Position numbers and translations under genes: made by a program. A stretch of 64,000 nt of DNA from Candidatus Sulfopaludibacter sp. SbA3 (GTDB lineage Bacteria; Acidobacteriota; Terriglobia; Bryobacterales; Bryobacteraceae). Shown piece after piece: positions 18,017 to 26,442 of the stretch. The stretch spans positions 353,813 to 417,812 of the forward strand of contig CAMDCN010000004.1 in NCBI GenBank assembly GCA_945890485.1, read 5' to 3'. Every line of letters begins with the position of its first letter. Positions within the stretch are counted from its first letter, which is position 1. The notes beneath the pieces are model-generated. The model made no database searches, was not told the origin of the DNA, and saw nothing but the letters and a program-made list of their open reading frames with translations.

Positions 18017-19687
18017 CTACCGGAAGCCGAAGGCGCCCATCGGAATGCCGAGGCGGCGGGGATCGCCATTGGAGGGCCGGAACGGCGGCGTGACCACGAA
18101 CTCAACCTTCGCCGGTCCGGCCGGGGCGGCAGCCAGCGAATAGCGAACGGTCTGCCAGCCTTGGCGGGTGAAGGTGTGGCGGCCGAGCGTCTCCCCATTC
18201 AATCGGGTTTCGAGCGTCACCGTGCCGATCTCGCGAATGTAGTCCGGGCCAATGTTCAAATTCATTTCGAACGCCGTGGCGGCCGCCGGCCGATGCAGCC
18301 GCGCGGTGGCGTTGGGATGGGTCCACCGGAACGCCCCATCGCGTGCGTGCCATCCGGACTCAAGCTGCCACAGTGGAGTAAACCGCGTCATCTCGATCCA
18401 TGAGAGGTCGGGCTCGTCCGCCGTTCGAGCCACGGAGTAGAGCCGCTGGGTAGGCCGGTCCCAGGAGAGGAGCGCGAGGGGGGCTTCGCCAGCAGCGGGA
18501 AGGGCCTCTGCCGGGAACGCCTGCAGCTCGTCGGTGACAAATGCCAACCGTAGGGAACCGGTCACGCCCCACCAGTGGAAGTGCGACGGATAGCCATCGA
18601 TCAGGAAGGTCCGCAACCCCGGCTCTCGCCGCGCCAGGTCCTGGATACCGGCGAAGTAGGCACGGTTCTCATCGGCTTGAAAGAGCAACGTGGAGCGAAC
18701 GGGCCGCAGTTGGACATAGTTCACCGCCAACCACACCGCCAGCGGCGGCGCCACCCAGCGCCAGGAGAATCGCTCGGCCGCAGCAGCCAACGAAACCGCC
18801 AGGCCCGCCAGCGGAAGGTAAAGATAAGCCGGCAGCGTCCGGTTGGGCACGATGAACATCGGCGCGAGGAACAGCACGAAGGCCGCCAAGCCCCAGTTCA
18901 CGCGCTTGTCGCGGAAGAAGAGCGGAATCGCGAGCAGAGCGAACCCGGCATGCGGCAGCAGCAGGATTTGCGAAGCGTAGAAATCAACCGCCTGCGCGAA
19001 GGAGGCCGGCGTCAGCCGCAGGCCGTAGTCCCCTTCCCTGCCCCCTTGGGCCATCAGAGCTTGCACCCCGAACAGGAACGAGACGGCGAAAAACGGCGCC
19101 AACTGCTTGTACCGCCGCTCACCCAGCCAATGCTCATAGGCCAGCAGCACGACCGGCAGACCGATCGCCAACTCCTTCGATTTATACGCGCACCAGAAGA
19201 GCAGCAACGGTTGCCACCACGGCCGGCCCGCCACCCACGTCCACAACGAGGCGATGCAGAACGTCGCGCAAAGGACGTCGTACAGGAACATCGGCTTCCA
19301 GTACGCTTCGAGACAAGCCACATGGAACGCGAACACGCAAAGGCCGCACAGGCGCGGCGCCCACGCGAAGCCGAGCCTTCCGAGAAGACCCCACAGCAGC
19401 ACCAGATTCACCACGTGCAGCAGTTGCGTCACCAGCACGTACCAGCGGAACTCAAACCCGGCCCATTGATACAAGCCTGACAGTAAGGCATGCGTCACCG
19501 GCCTAAAGTTGGTGGCATAGAACGCCGGCGAAAAGAAGCCAGTGACGAAGGTTTCCGTCGGCGCCCAGCGCATCCAGGCGAACGAGTCCAGGTCGTCGCC
19601 CGCGAAGTAGCCCTTATAGGCTCCCTTGTTCACCACCCAAAGGAGCCACAGCAGGATCAACCAAGCGCCCGGCGTGCGAAATCTCAT
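18017..19687 (-). CDS. polytopic membrane protein with C-terminal beta-rich extracytoplasmic domain (GT-C/PMT_2-like architecture)
   Basis: About 10 hydrophobic helices over the first ~330 aa, then a soluble domain. The start ATG overlaps the TGA of the IlvD/Edd gene (ATGA). The family call is tentative. Confidence 0.65.
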   Translation of the reverse strand: MRFRTPGAWLILLWLLWVVNKGAYKGYFAGDDLDSFAWMRWAPTETFVTGFFSPAFYATNFRPVTHALLSGLYQWAGFEFRWYVLVTQLLHVVNLVLLWGLLGRLGFAWAPRLCGLCVFAFHVACLEAYWKPMFLYDVLCATFCIASLWTWVAGRPWWQPLLLFWCAYKSKELAIGLPVVLLAYEHWLGERRYKQLAPFFAVSFLFGVQALMAQGGREGDYGLRLTPASFAQAVDFYASQILLLPHAGFALLAIPLFFRDKRVNWGLAAFVLFLAPMFIVPNRTLPAYLYLPLAGLAVSLAAAAERFSWRWVAPPLAVWLAVNYVQLRPVRSTLLFQADENRAYFAGIQDLARREPGLRTFLIDGYPSHFHWWGVTGSLRLAFVTDELQAFPAEALPAAGEAPLALLSWDRPTQRLYSVARTADEPDLSWIEMTRFTPLWQLESGWHARDGAFRWTHPNATARLHRPAAATAFEMNLNIGPDYIREIGTVTLETRLNGETLGRHTFTRQGWQTVRYSLAAAPAGPAKVEFVVTPPFRPSNGDPRRLGIPMGAFGFR

Positions 19688-21372
19688 TCGGCGTGCAGGA
19701 AGTCAAAATCGCAGCCGAGATGGGCCTGCGTGACGTGCGAAAGGAACAGTTTGCCGTAGCCGCGCGTGAAATGCGGCGGGGCGGGCTTCCAGGTCTTGAG
19801 CCGCTCGGCGATCTCGTCGTCGGAGAGATGCAGATGCAACTGCCGCGCATCGACATCGAGGGTGATCAGGTCCCCCGTTTGCACAATCGCCAGCGGTCCG
19901 CCAATGCCGGATTCCGGCGAGACGTGCAGCACCACGGTGCCAAAGCTGGTGCCGGACATGCGCGCATCCGAGATGCGAACGCAGTCGGAAACGCCCTTTT
20001 CAAGCAGCACCTTCGGCATGGGGATATGGCCCCATTCCGGGAAGCCGGGCGCGCCGTGGGGGCCTCCGCCTTTCATTACGAGCACCGTGTTGGCATCAAT
20101 CGGCAAGTCCATCGAATCGATGCTGTCGTGCATCTCCTGATAGGACTCGAAGACGTAGGCAGGGCCAGTGTGTTTGCACAGATGGGGGCTCGCTGCGGTC
20201 TGTTTGAATACAGCGCCGTTGGGCGAGAGGTTGCCGCGGAGGATGACGGTGCCACCCTCGGCGAAGATCGGGTTTGCGGCGGACCGAATGACGTCGTGAT
20301 TGTGATTGGGTGCATGTGCGACGTTTTCGGCGATGGTCTTCCCGTTCACCGTCAGCGCATCGCCGTGCAACTGCGGCAGCAGTTCGCGCATCACCGCAGG
20401 GACGCCGCCGGCATAGAAGAAATCTTCCATCATGAACTCGCCAGAAGGACGGACATTGACGAGGAAGGGCGTACGCCGCGAGATGGTATCGAAATCGTCA
20501 AGCACCAGCTTGGTCGGGGTGCGGCCGGCGATGGCAAGCAGGTGGACAACGGCGTTCGTTGATCCCCCGATGGCCATGTCGACGGCGATGGCGTTTTCAA
20601 AGGCCTCCCGGGTCAGGATGCGCGATGGCTTCAGACCTTCGGCAATCATCTCGACCATCCGGCGGCCGGCCATTTCGGCCAGCGCGAGCCGGCGGGAATC
20701 CGGCGCGGGAATCGCGGCAGAACCGGGGAGCGACATGCCGAGAGCTTCGGCGATGATGGCCATCGTAGAGGCGGTGCCCATCACGGTGCAATGGCCGGAG
20801 GAGCGCACCATGCAGCCTTCAATCTCTTCGAGTTGCTCGGGGGACACCTGGCCGGTACGGAAAAGGTCGAAGATCTTGCGGCCGTCGGTTCCCTGCCCGA
20901 TGATGCGGCCCTTATAGTTGCCGGATAGCGTGGGACCACCAGTGAAGATCAGCGCCGGCACGTCCGCAGAAGCGGCGCCCATCAACATCGCCGGGGTGGT
21001 TTTATCGCAGCCGCACAACATCACGACGCCATCGACCGGGTTGGCGCGGACGGACTCTTCGACGTCCATCGCCATGAGGTTGCGGAAGAGCATCGTCGTC
21101 GGCTTCATGTACTGTTCGCCGAGCGAGATGACTGGAAACTCAAGGGGGAAGCCTCCGGCGGCCCAGACTCCGCGCTTCACCGCATCGGCCACTTGGCGCA
21201 GATGGGCATTGCAATTGTTCAGTTCACTGAACGAATTGCAGATGCCAACCACAGGTTTGCCGTGGAAGGCTTGGCGGGAGATGCCGAGGGCCCGAATGTT
21301 GGCTCGGCGAGAGAAATTGTAGTACTCCTTGCCGTTAAACCAGGAGTAGCTACGGAGCTTCGTAGGATCCAT
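19684..21372 (-). CDS. IlvD/Edd family dehydratase (sugar-acid dehydratase-like)
   Basis: Motifs CNSFSELNNCNAHL, CDKTTPAM and SDARMSG are typical of the IlvD/Edd family. The N-terminus resembles arabonate/xylonate-type members rather than canonical IlvD. Confidence 0.88.
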   Translation of the reverse strand: MDPTKLRSYSWFNGKEYYNFSRRANIRALGISRQAFHGKPVVGICNSFSELNNCNAHLRQVADAVKRGVWAAGGFPLEFPVISLGEQYMKPTTMLFRNLMAMDVEESVRANPVDGVVMLCGCDKTTPAMLMGAASADVPALIFTGGPTLSGNYKGRIIGQGTDGRKIFDLFRTGQVSPEQLEEIEGCMVRSSGHCTVMGTASTMAIIAEALGMSLPGSAAIPAPDSRRLALAEMAGRRMVEMIAEGLKPSRILTREAFENAIAVDMAIGGSTNAVVHLLAIAGRTPTKLVLDDFDTISRRTPFLVNVRPSGEFMMEDFFYAGGVPAVMRELLPQLHGDALTVNGKTIAENVAHAPNHNHDVIRSAANPIFAEGGTVILRGNLSPNGAVFKQTAASPHLCKHTGPAYVFESYQEMHDSIDSMDLPIDANTVLVMKGGGPHGAPGFPEWGHIPMPKVLLEKGVSDCVRISDARMSGTSFGTVVLHVSPESGIGGPLAIVQTGDLITLDVDARQLHLHLSDDEIAERLKTWKPAPPHFTRGYGKLFLSHVTQAHLGCDFDFLHAE

Positions 21373-21601
21373 GAAGCCTCTATTGTGTCCTAAATCGGAG
21401 GCCGCATGCGGCGCGACGCCAGTCGGTTATCGTGAGGGCGGGCTGGATGGGCAGCCGGGTGTTGACTCCGCCAGATGGCAGCTAACATCGTTCGCGTGAG
21501 GCGCCCGGACATCAGCAGCTACTCCGTCGGCAGACAAGAACTCGATCCAGGGCTCGCCGAAATGGAGCAGGGGCGACGGCGCCGTCAAGCTCGAGCAGTC
21601 G

Positions 21602-21775
21602 CTACTCGACCGTGATCTTCGAGCCGGCCTTTGGCTTCGGTTCCAACTCCTGGATCGAAGTATCAATCAGGAGCCGCAGGCCTTTCAGAAATTCGACGCC
21701 GGCCGTGCGGAAGTGATTCTGGATCGCTTCGGCGCTGCAGCCACAGGACGTGCTTTGGGCTTTTTCGTCGCTCAT
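21602..21775 (-). CDS. small hypothetical protein (57 aa, CxC motif)
   Basis: The ATG lies 4 nt after the NagA-like stop. Sequence: MSDEKAQSTSCGCSAEAIQNHFRTAGVEFLKGLRLLIDTSIQELEPKPKAGSKITVE. No family recognised. Confidence 0.35.
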   Translation of the reverse strand: MSDEKAQSTSCGCSAEAIQNHFRTAGVEFLKGLRLLIDTSIQELEPKPKAGSKITVE

Positions 21776-21779
21776 ATCG

Positions 21780-22967
21780 TTAGTGTACCTTTTGCCCTGC
21801 GATCCAGGTTCCATGGACCGTGCAGGCTTCGTCGAGCAGAATGATGTCAGCGGCCTTGCCGGGGCAAAGGCTGCCGAGTTCGTCGTCAACACCCAGGATT
21901 TCAGCCGGGGTCAGCGAGGCCATGCGAATCGCCTGCCACAGGGGCACTCCGGTGGCGTCCCGGAAGACGCGCACCATTTCGTCCATCGCGTACACGCTGG
22001 AAGCGAGCGCCGTACCGTCCGGGATCCGCGCCTCCCGATCCTTCACCACCGCCACCATGCCATGGCGCGGGCCGAACGTGTACTCGCCATCCGGCATGCC
22101 GGCCCCGCGCATCGCATCGGAGATGATCGCCAACTTCTGATAGCCCTTGTTGCGCAATGCCAAGATCATCATCTCCTTCGAGAGGTGCTTGCCGTCGGTG
22201 ATCAGTTCGCTCGACAACCGCTCTTCGAGATACACGGCCTCGACGATGCCCGCCGAGCGGGGGTTCGGCGTTCCCCGCCAGCGATTGCTGAGCGCATCCG
22301 TCATGGCGCAATAAAGATGGGTAGCATGAGAAGCGCCCCAGTCGAGCGCTTCGACGATCTCGTGATAGAGCGCCTCGCTATGACCCACGGACGGGATCGC
22401 GCCTTGGCGGCGGAGGGCTTCAATAAGCGGCCTCGCCCCAGGCAGCTCCGGCGCCAGCGTCATCGTGGCAATCGGGCCGCGTTCGAGCAGCTCGCGCCAT
22501 TCAGCCTCAATGGGATTCCGGACATGCTCGGGCAAGTGACAGCCGCGCTTCGTCTGGCACAGATACGGCCCTTCGATGTGGGCGCCCAGCGCGCGGCCGA
22601 AGCGGTCGCCGCGGCCACGATAGGCGTTGATGCCATCCAGGCATTCGAGAATTTCCTCATGTTTCGCCGTAGCAGTCGTCGGGCACAACGCCGTAACGCC
22701 GTGACGGGCGTGGTAGGCGAACACACGGTCAACGTCTTCCGGCGTCGCGTCCATGAAATCGCTGCCTTCCCCGCCGTGAATGTGGATGTCGATGAAACCG
22801 GGCGATACGATCAACCCGGAGGCGTCGACAATCGTCGAGTCCGGAGGGATTTCGGACCACGGCCCGGCGTAGGTGATACGATCGCCCTCCGTGAGCAGGA
22901 GGCTATCCGGGATAGGGCCAGAGTCTGTGATCAGGGTTCCGTGGACAAAGGCTAGGCGGTCAGGCAA
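21780..22967 (-). CDS. nagA: N-acetylglucosamine-6-phosphate deacetylase-like amidohydrolase
   Basis: GFIDIHIHGGEGSDFMD plus downstream His/Asp metal ligands fit the NagA pattern. There is no in-frame ATG near the conserved N-terminus. I propose TTG 22967 (8-nt overlap with the ArsA-like stop), with TTG 23003 as the alternative. Confidence 0.75.
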   Translation of the reverse strand: MPDRLAFVHGTLITDSGPIPDSLLLTEGDRITYAGPWSEIPPDSTIVDASGLIVSPGFIDIHIHGGEGSDFMDATPEDVDRVFAYHARHGVTALCPTTATAKHEEILECLDGINAYRGRGDRFGRALGAHIEGPYLCQTKRGCHLPEHVRNPIEAEWRELLERGPIATMTLAPELPGARPLIEALRRQGAIPSVGHSEALYHEIVEALDWGASHATHLYCAMTDALSNRWRGTPNPRSAGIVEAVYLEERLSSELITDGKHLSKEMMILALRNKGYQKLAIISDAMRGAGMPDGEYTFGPRHGMVAVVKDREARIPDGTALASSVYAMDEMVRVFRDATGVPLWQAIRMASLTPAEILGVDDELGSLCPGKAADIILLDEACTVHGTWIAGQKVH

Positions 22968-24135
22968 GTGGTCGCATCTCCACCACGAGTGTACGATCTT
23001 CAAGGCGGGCGCGAGCGGGTTCGAGTGCTGCCATCGACGTTGGCAACCCGACATGGCGGCGCAGGGTTCCAACCTCCACGACGAGTTCATCGCCCTTCTT
23101 GAACAGGCCGACCTCGCCCTTAACGGCGAAGGGCAGCAGCAGGCGGACCTCGTTCTTGCTGAAGGAGTACGGACGCTCCTCGCGGGTGACGAGTGCGGGA
23201 TCCTCGCCAGTGCTATAGAGCACTTCGGCAAGCCGGTCCAGCCGTTCGATGCCCATAACCTCCTCGTTGAACAGCGGCGCCTGCCGCATCGGGACAGGAT
23301 CGAAGTAGCCGGTCATTTCCCGGATGACCTCGGCCTGGGCCTCGCGCCAGCCGCGGAAGAAACCATCGGCCTCCGGTGGCAAAACGCGGTTTACGATGAT
23401 GTTGTCGACCGTCAGGCCGTGCAGCGAGAAATAGACGAAAGCCCGCTGCGTTTCGCGCATCACCATCCGTTCGGCATTGGTGACCAAACGAACGGAGGTA
23501 GACTGCGGGTCTTCGAGCAAGGTGTCGATTCCTTCGATCTTGCCAAACAGTTCGAGCACGTTGGCGAAATAGGAGTCGTTCGGCAGTTCGACGGGCGAGA
23601 GCCGGTTGGCAATCGGGCGGATCGCCTTCAGCACGTTCCGCTCGACCGTGAAGATGTGCTTCATGTACCACTCCAGCGTGGTCGGCATGGAGATGAACCG
23701 AAGGCTCTCGGCCGTGGGGGCGCAGTCAAGAACGATGACGTCGTAAGTCTTGCCGCGGCGGTACTGATTGACGTACATCATCGCCGACAACTCCTCCATC
23801 CCGGGAAGAATCGCCATTTCTTCCGCTTCGACGTCGGAGAGACCGGAGGTGCGCAGAACGCTAGTGACATAGGAGGAGATCTCGCGCCAGTGGCGCTTAA
23901 TTTCCAACTGGATATTCACCTCCTGCACATCCAGGTTCGGCCGCACCGCGAAGGGGTCGGCGGTGGCGGCGTCGAAGAGGCTGGATTTGAGAGCAAACGA
24001 ATCGGCCAGCGAATGCGCCGGGTCGACGCTCATGACGAGGGTCTTGTAACCGAGACGGGCCAAGTGGAGACCGGTGGCTGCCGCGACGGAGGTCTTGCCG
24101 ACGCCGCCTTTACCGCTATATAGCAATATACGCAT
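22960..24135 (-). CDS. ArsA/GET3 family ATPase, single-domain, with C-terminal HSP20-like domain
   Basis: Deviant Walker A GKGGVGKTS, the DPAHSL motif, and a C-terminal beta-sandwich-like tail (GDELVVEVGTLRRHVGLP...LVVEM). Confidence 0.88.
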   Translation of the reverse strand: MRILLYSGKGGVGKTSVAAATGLHLARLGYKTLVMSVDPAHSLADSFALKSSLFDAATADPFAVRPNLDVQEVNIQLEIKRHWREISSYVTSVLRTSGLSDVEAEEMAILPGMEELSAMMYVNQYRRGKTYDVIVLDCAPTAESLRFISMPTTLEWYMKHIFTVERNVLKAIRPIANRLSPVELPNDSYFANVLELFGKIEGIDTLLEDPQSTSVRLVTNAERMVMRETQRAFVYFSLHGLTVDNIIVNRVLPPEADGFFRGWREAQAEVIREMTGYFDPVPMRQAPLFNEEVMGIERLDRLAEVLYSTGEDPALVTREERPYSFSKNEVRLLLPFAVKGEVGLFKKGDELVVEVGTLRRHVGLPTSMAALEPARARLEDRTLVVEMRPLA

Positions 24136-24144
24136 GAGGAATAG

Positions 24145-24861
24145 TTACGATTTGCCGCGAACGGTGCCGAGCCCACCGTCCACGCCAAACGTCTGACCCG
24201 TGATCCAGGCGTTGGCCGGGTCGAGCAGAAAGGCCATCATGTTGGCGATGTCGGACGCGGCCCCGAGGCGGCCCAGAGCGTGCATCGCCGCAGAAGCCTT
24301 CGCCGCGCTCTCATTGCCAGTGATGCGCGCCGTGAGCGGAGTGGCGGTTAGGCCCGGCGCCACGCAGTTGACGCGGATATTCCGCGGGGCGTAGGTCGCC
24401 GCAGCCGAAAGGGTCAGCCCGATGATGCCGGCCTTGGCGGCGGCGATCGCCTCGTGGTTCGCCAGGCCGACGCGGCCGGCAGCGGAAGACACCAGAACAA
24501 TACTGCCGCCGGTATTCATCATCGCCTTGGCGGCGGCGCGAAGGATATAGAATGCGCTGTCGAGGTTCGTGCGCAAGACGGCGGACCATTCGTCATCCGT
24601 AGTGATATGGGCCGGCTTCAGCAGCAAGCTGCCAACGCAGTTGGCGACCCCGTCGATGGGTCCCGCCTCAGCGAACGCTTCGGCTACTTCGGCGGCAAGC
24701 GTTGCGTCGGCCAGGAGTGGAGGGGTGCCAAGTTCACTCGACAGCATCGCCAGTTTCTGTGGATCTCTGGCTGAGGCGATCACCCGATGGCCTTGCGCTT
24801 GTAGCACCTTGCAAAGAGTTGAGCCGATGCCCCCTGTGGCTCCGAAAATCAAATAGGTCAA
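24145..24861 (-). CDS. SDR family protein with non-canonical active site
   Basis: GATGGIGS, NCVG and SSAAG motifs are present, but the YxxxK position reads IAAAK (Ile139, Lys143). Confidence 0.85.
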   Translation of the reverse strand: MTYLIFGATGGIGSTLCKVLQAQGHRVIASARDPQKLAMLSSELGTPPLLADATLAAEVAEAFAEAGPIDGVANCVGSLLLKPAHITTDDEWSAVLRTNLDSAFYILRAAAKAMMNTGGSIVLVSSAAGRVGLANHEAIAAAKAGIIGLTLSAAATYAPRNIRVNCVAPGLTATPLTARITGNESAAKASAAMHALGRLGAASDIANMMAFLLDPANAWITGQTFGVDGGLGTVRGKS

Positions 24862-26396
24862 CGGGATCTCTCCTGCAGCGAAGCCTGACTTGGTCTTGCC
24901 GATTGCAGATTCTCGTCGTTCGGAATCTCCATCCGATTCAGGTTCTTGATCTGAAGAACCATGCGGGGATTCTTAGCGAGTTTGTCGCGGTGCCGCTGCA
25001 GGTATTGCCAATACATGGTCGTGAACGGGCAAGCGTCGGCGCCTTCGCGCTTGTCTGGATCGAACTTACAACCGGAACAGTAGTTCGACATTTTATCGAT
25101 GTACTTGCCGGAGGCGACGTAGGGCTTCGAGGCCATCACGCCACCGTCCGCGTACTGGCTCATGCCGATGGTGTTCGGCAACTCCACCCACTCGACGGCA
25201 TCTACATAAACAGCGAGGTACCATTCGTGGACCTGCTTGGGATCGATGCCGGCCAGCAAGCAATACAGTCCGGTGATCATCAACCGTTGGATGTGGTGGG
25301 CGTAGCCGTGGTCTAGAGTCTGCCGGAGTGTGTGTTTCAGGCAGTTCATGTCCGTCTTGCCGGTCCAGAACCACTTCGGCAACGGCTCCCGGGCTCCCAT
25401 TTCGTTACGATCGGCGTACTCCGGCATGAAGGTCCAATAGACCCCGCGAACGTATTCCCGCCAGCCAATCACCTGCCGGATGAAGCCTTCCGCCTGAGCC
25501 AGAGAAACCTTGCCGTCCCGGTAAGCGGTCTCCGCCGCCGACACAACCTTTCGAGGATTGAGCAACTTCAGGTTCATTGCAGCGGAAAGGCGGGAGTGAT
25601 AGAGCCAGGGTTCGCCGGTCCACATCGCGTCCTGATACTGCCCGAAGTGCGGCAGCCGATGCTCGATGAAATCAACCAGAGCGGCTTCGGCCTGTTCCGC
25701 CGTCACCGGCCAATCGAAATTGTCGAGCGATCCGGGATGGCGACTGAAGCGGAAATCGACCAGCTCGAGAACAAACTTAGTAGTGCGGTCCTGCTCGAAT
25801 TGAAGCGGCGCCCGCAACTTCCCCGGGCCCCCCTTTGGCAGCGATCCCCGGTTCTCGACATCGTAGTTCCAACGGCCTCCGGCGGGGTCCCCGTCGTCAA
25901 GCAACACGTTGAACCTGCGCCGCATCTCCCGGTAGAAAAACTCCATCCGTAGCTGCTTACGTCCGTGCGCCCACCGCTTGAAATCCTCCACCGGACAGAA
26001 AAAGCTCCGATCCTCGCGGATTTCCATCGGGATTCCGGCCTTTTTCGCCGCCTGCAACAGCTCTCCCCGGACCCTATAGTCGCCAGGCTCCACCACAATC
26101 AGCCTGTCCGGCCGGAACTGTTCGCACGACTTGATCAGCTCCTTTCGCAGGGAGTGGGAGTTGTTAAAGTCATCCAGCCGCCGGTAGACGACACAATGCC
26201 CTCTCTGCGTCAGTCGCTGCTCGAAGTGACGCATCGCGGAGAGAAAGAGCGCAATCCGTGCCTTGTGCGACCAGACATGGGTCGACTCTTCTGCCACCTC
26301 GGCCATCCAGACTGCGTCTTTATTGCGATCAAATCCGTCGAAAGCAGCGGAGTCGTCGTTCAGTTGATCGCCCAGAACGATGACGAGGTTTCGCAT
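24858..26396 (-). CDS. cryptochrome/photolyase family protein of the FeS-BCP/(6-4) photolyase (PhrB/CryB) type
   Basis: COG3046-type N-terminus (LVIVLGDQL...WMAEV). It has four Cys with PhrB-like spacing (CLKHTL ... CSGC-x12-C in NYCSGCKFDPDKREGADACPF). Confidence 0.85.
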   Translation of the reverse strand: MRNLVIVLGDQLNDDSAAFDGFDRNKDAVWMAEVAEESTHVWSHKARIALFLSAMRHFEQRLTQRGHCVVYRRLDDFNNSHSLRKELIKSCEQFRPDRLIVVEPGDYRVRGELLQAAKKAGIPMEIREDRSFFCPVEDFKRWAHGRKQLRMEFFYREMRRRFNVLLDDGDPAGGRWNYDVENRGSLPKGGPGKLRAPLQFEQDRTTKFVLELVDFRFSRHPGSLDNFDWPVTAEQAEAALVDFIEHRLPHFGQYQDAMWTGEPWLYHSRLSAAMNLKLLNPRKVVSAAETAYRDGKVSLAQAEGFIRQVIGWREYVRGVYWTFMPEYADRNEMGAREPLPKWFWTGKTDMNCLKHTLRQTLDHGYAHHIQRLMITGLYCLLAGIDPKQVHEWYLAVYVDAVEWVELPNTIGMSQYADGGVMASKPYVASGKYIDKMSNYCSGCKFDPDKREGADACPFTTMYWQYLQRHRDKLAKNPRMVLQIKNLNRMEIPNDENLQSARPSQASLQERSR

Positions 26397-26442
26397 GTAA
26401 AGAAAGATGCGTCGGAATAGGGAAAAGCGATAAAGTTTTCAC

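Noticed and set aside
21373-21601. Ile/Leu/Val leader peptide or attenuator upstream of the IlvD/Edd gene.
   Set aside because: Small ORFs there are not enriched in branched-chain codons. The GCCGCATGCGGC palindrome lacks a convincing U-run. The enzyme also looks like a sugar-acid dehydratase rather than biosynthetic IlvD.
22968-23231. 88-codon N-terminal extension of the NagA-like ORF (ATG 23231).
   Set aside because: The extension would overlap the ArsA-like gene by 272 nt and translates to Cys/Arg/Ser-rich sequence. The conserved NagA N-terminus begins near residue 90.
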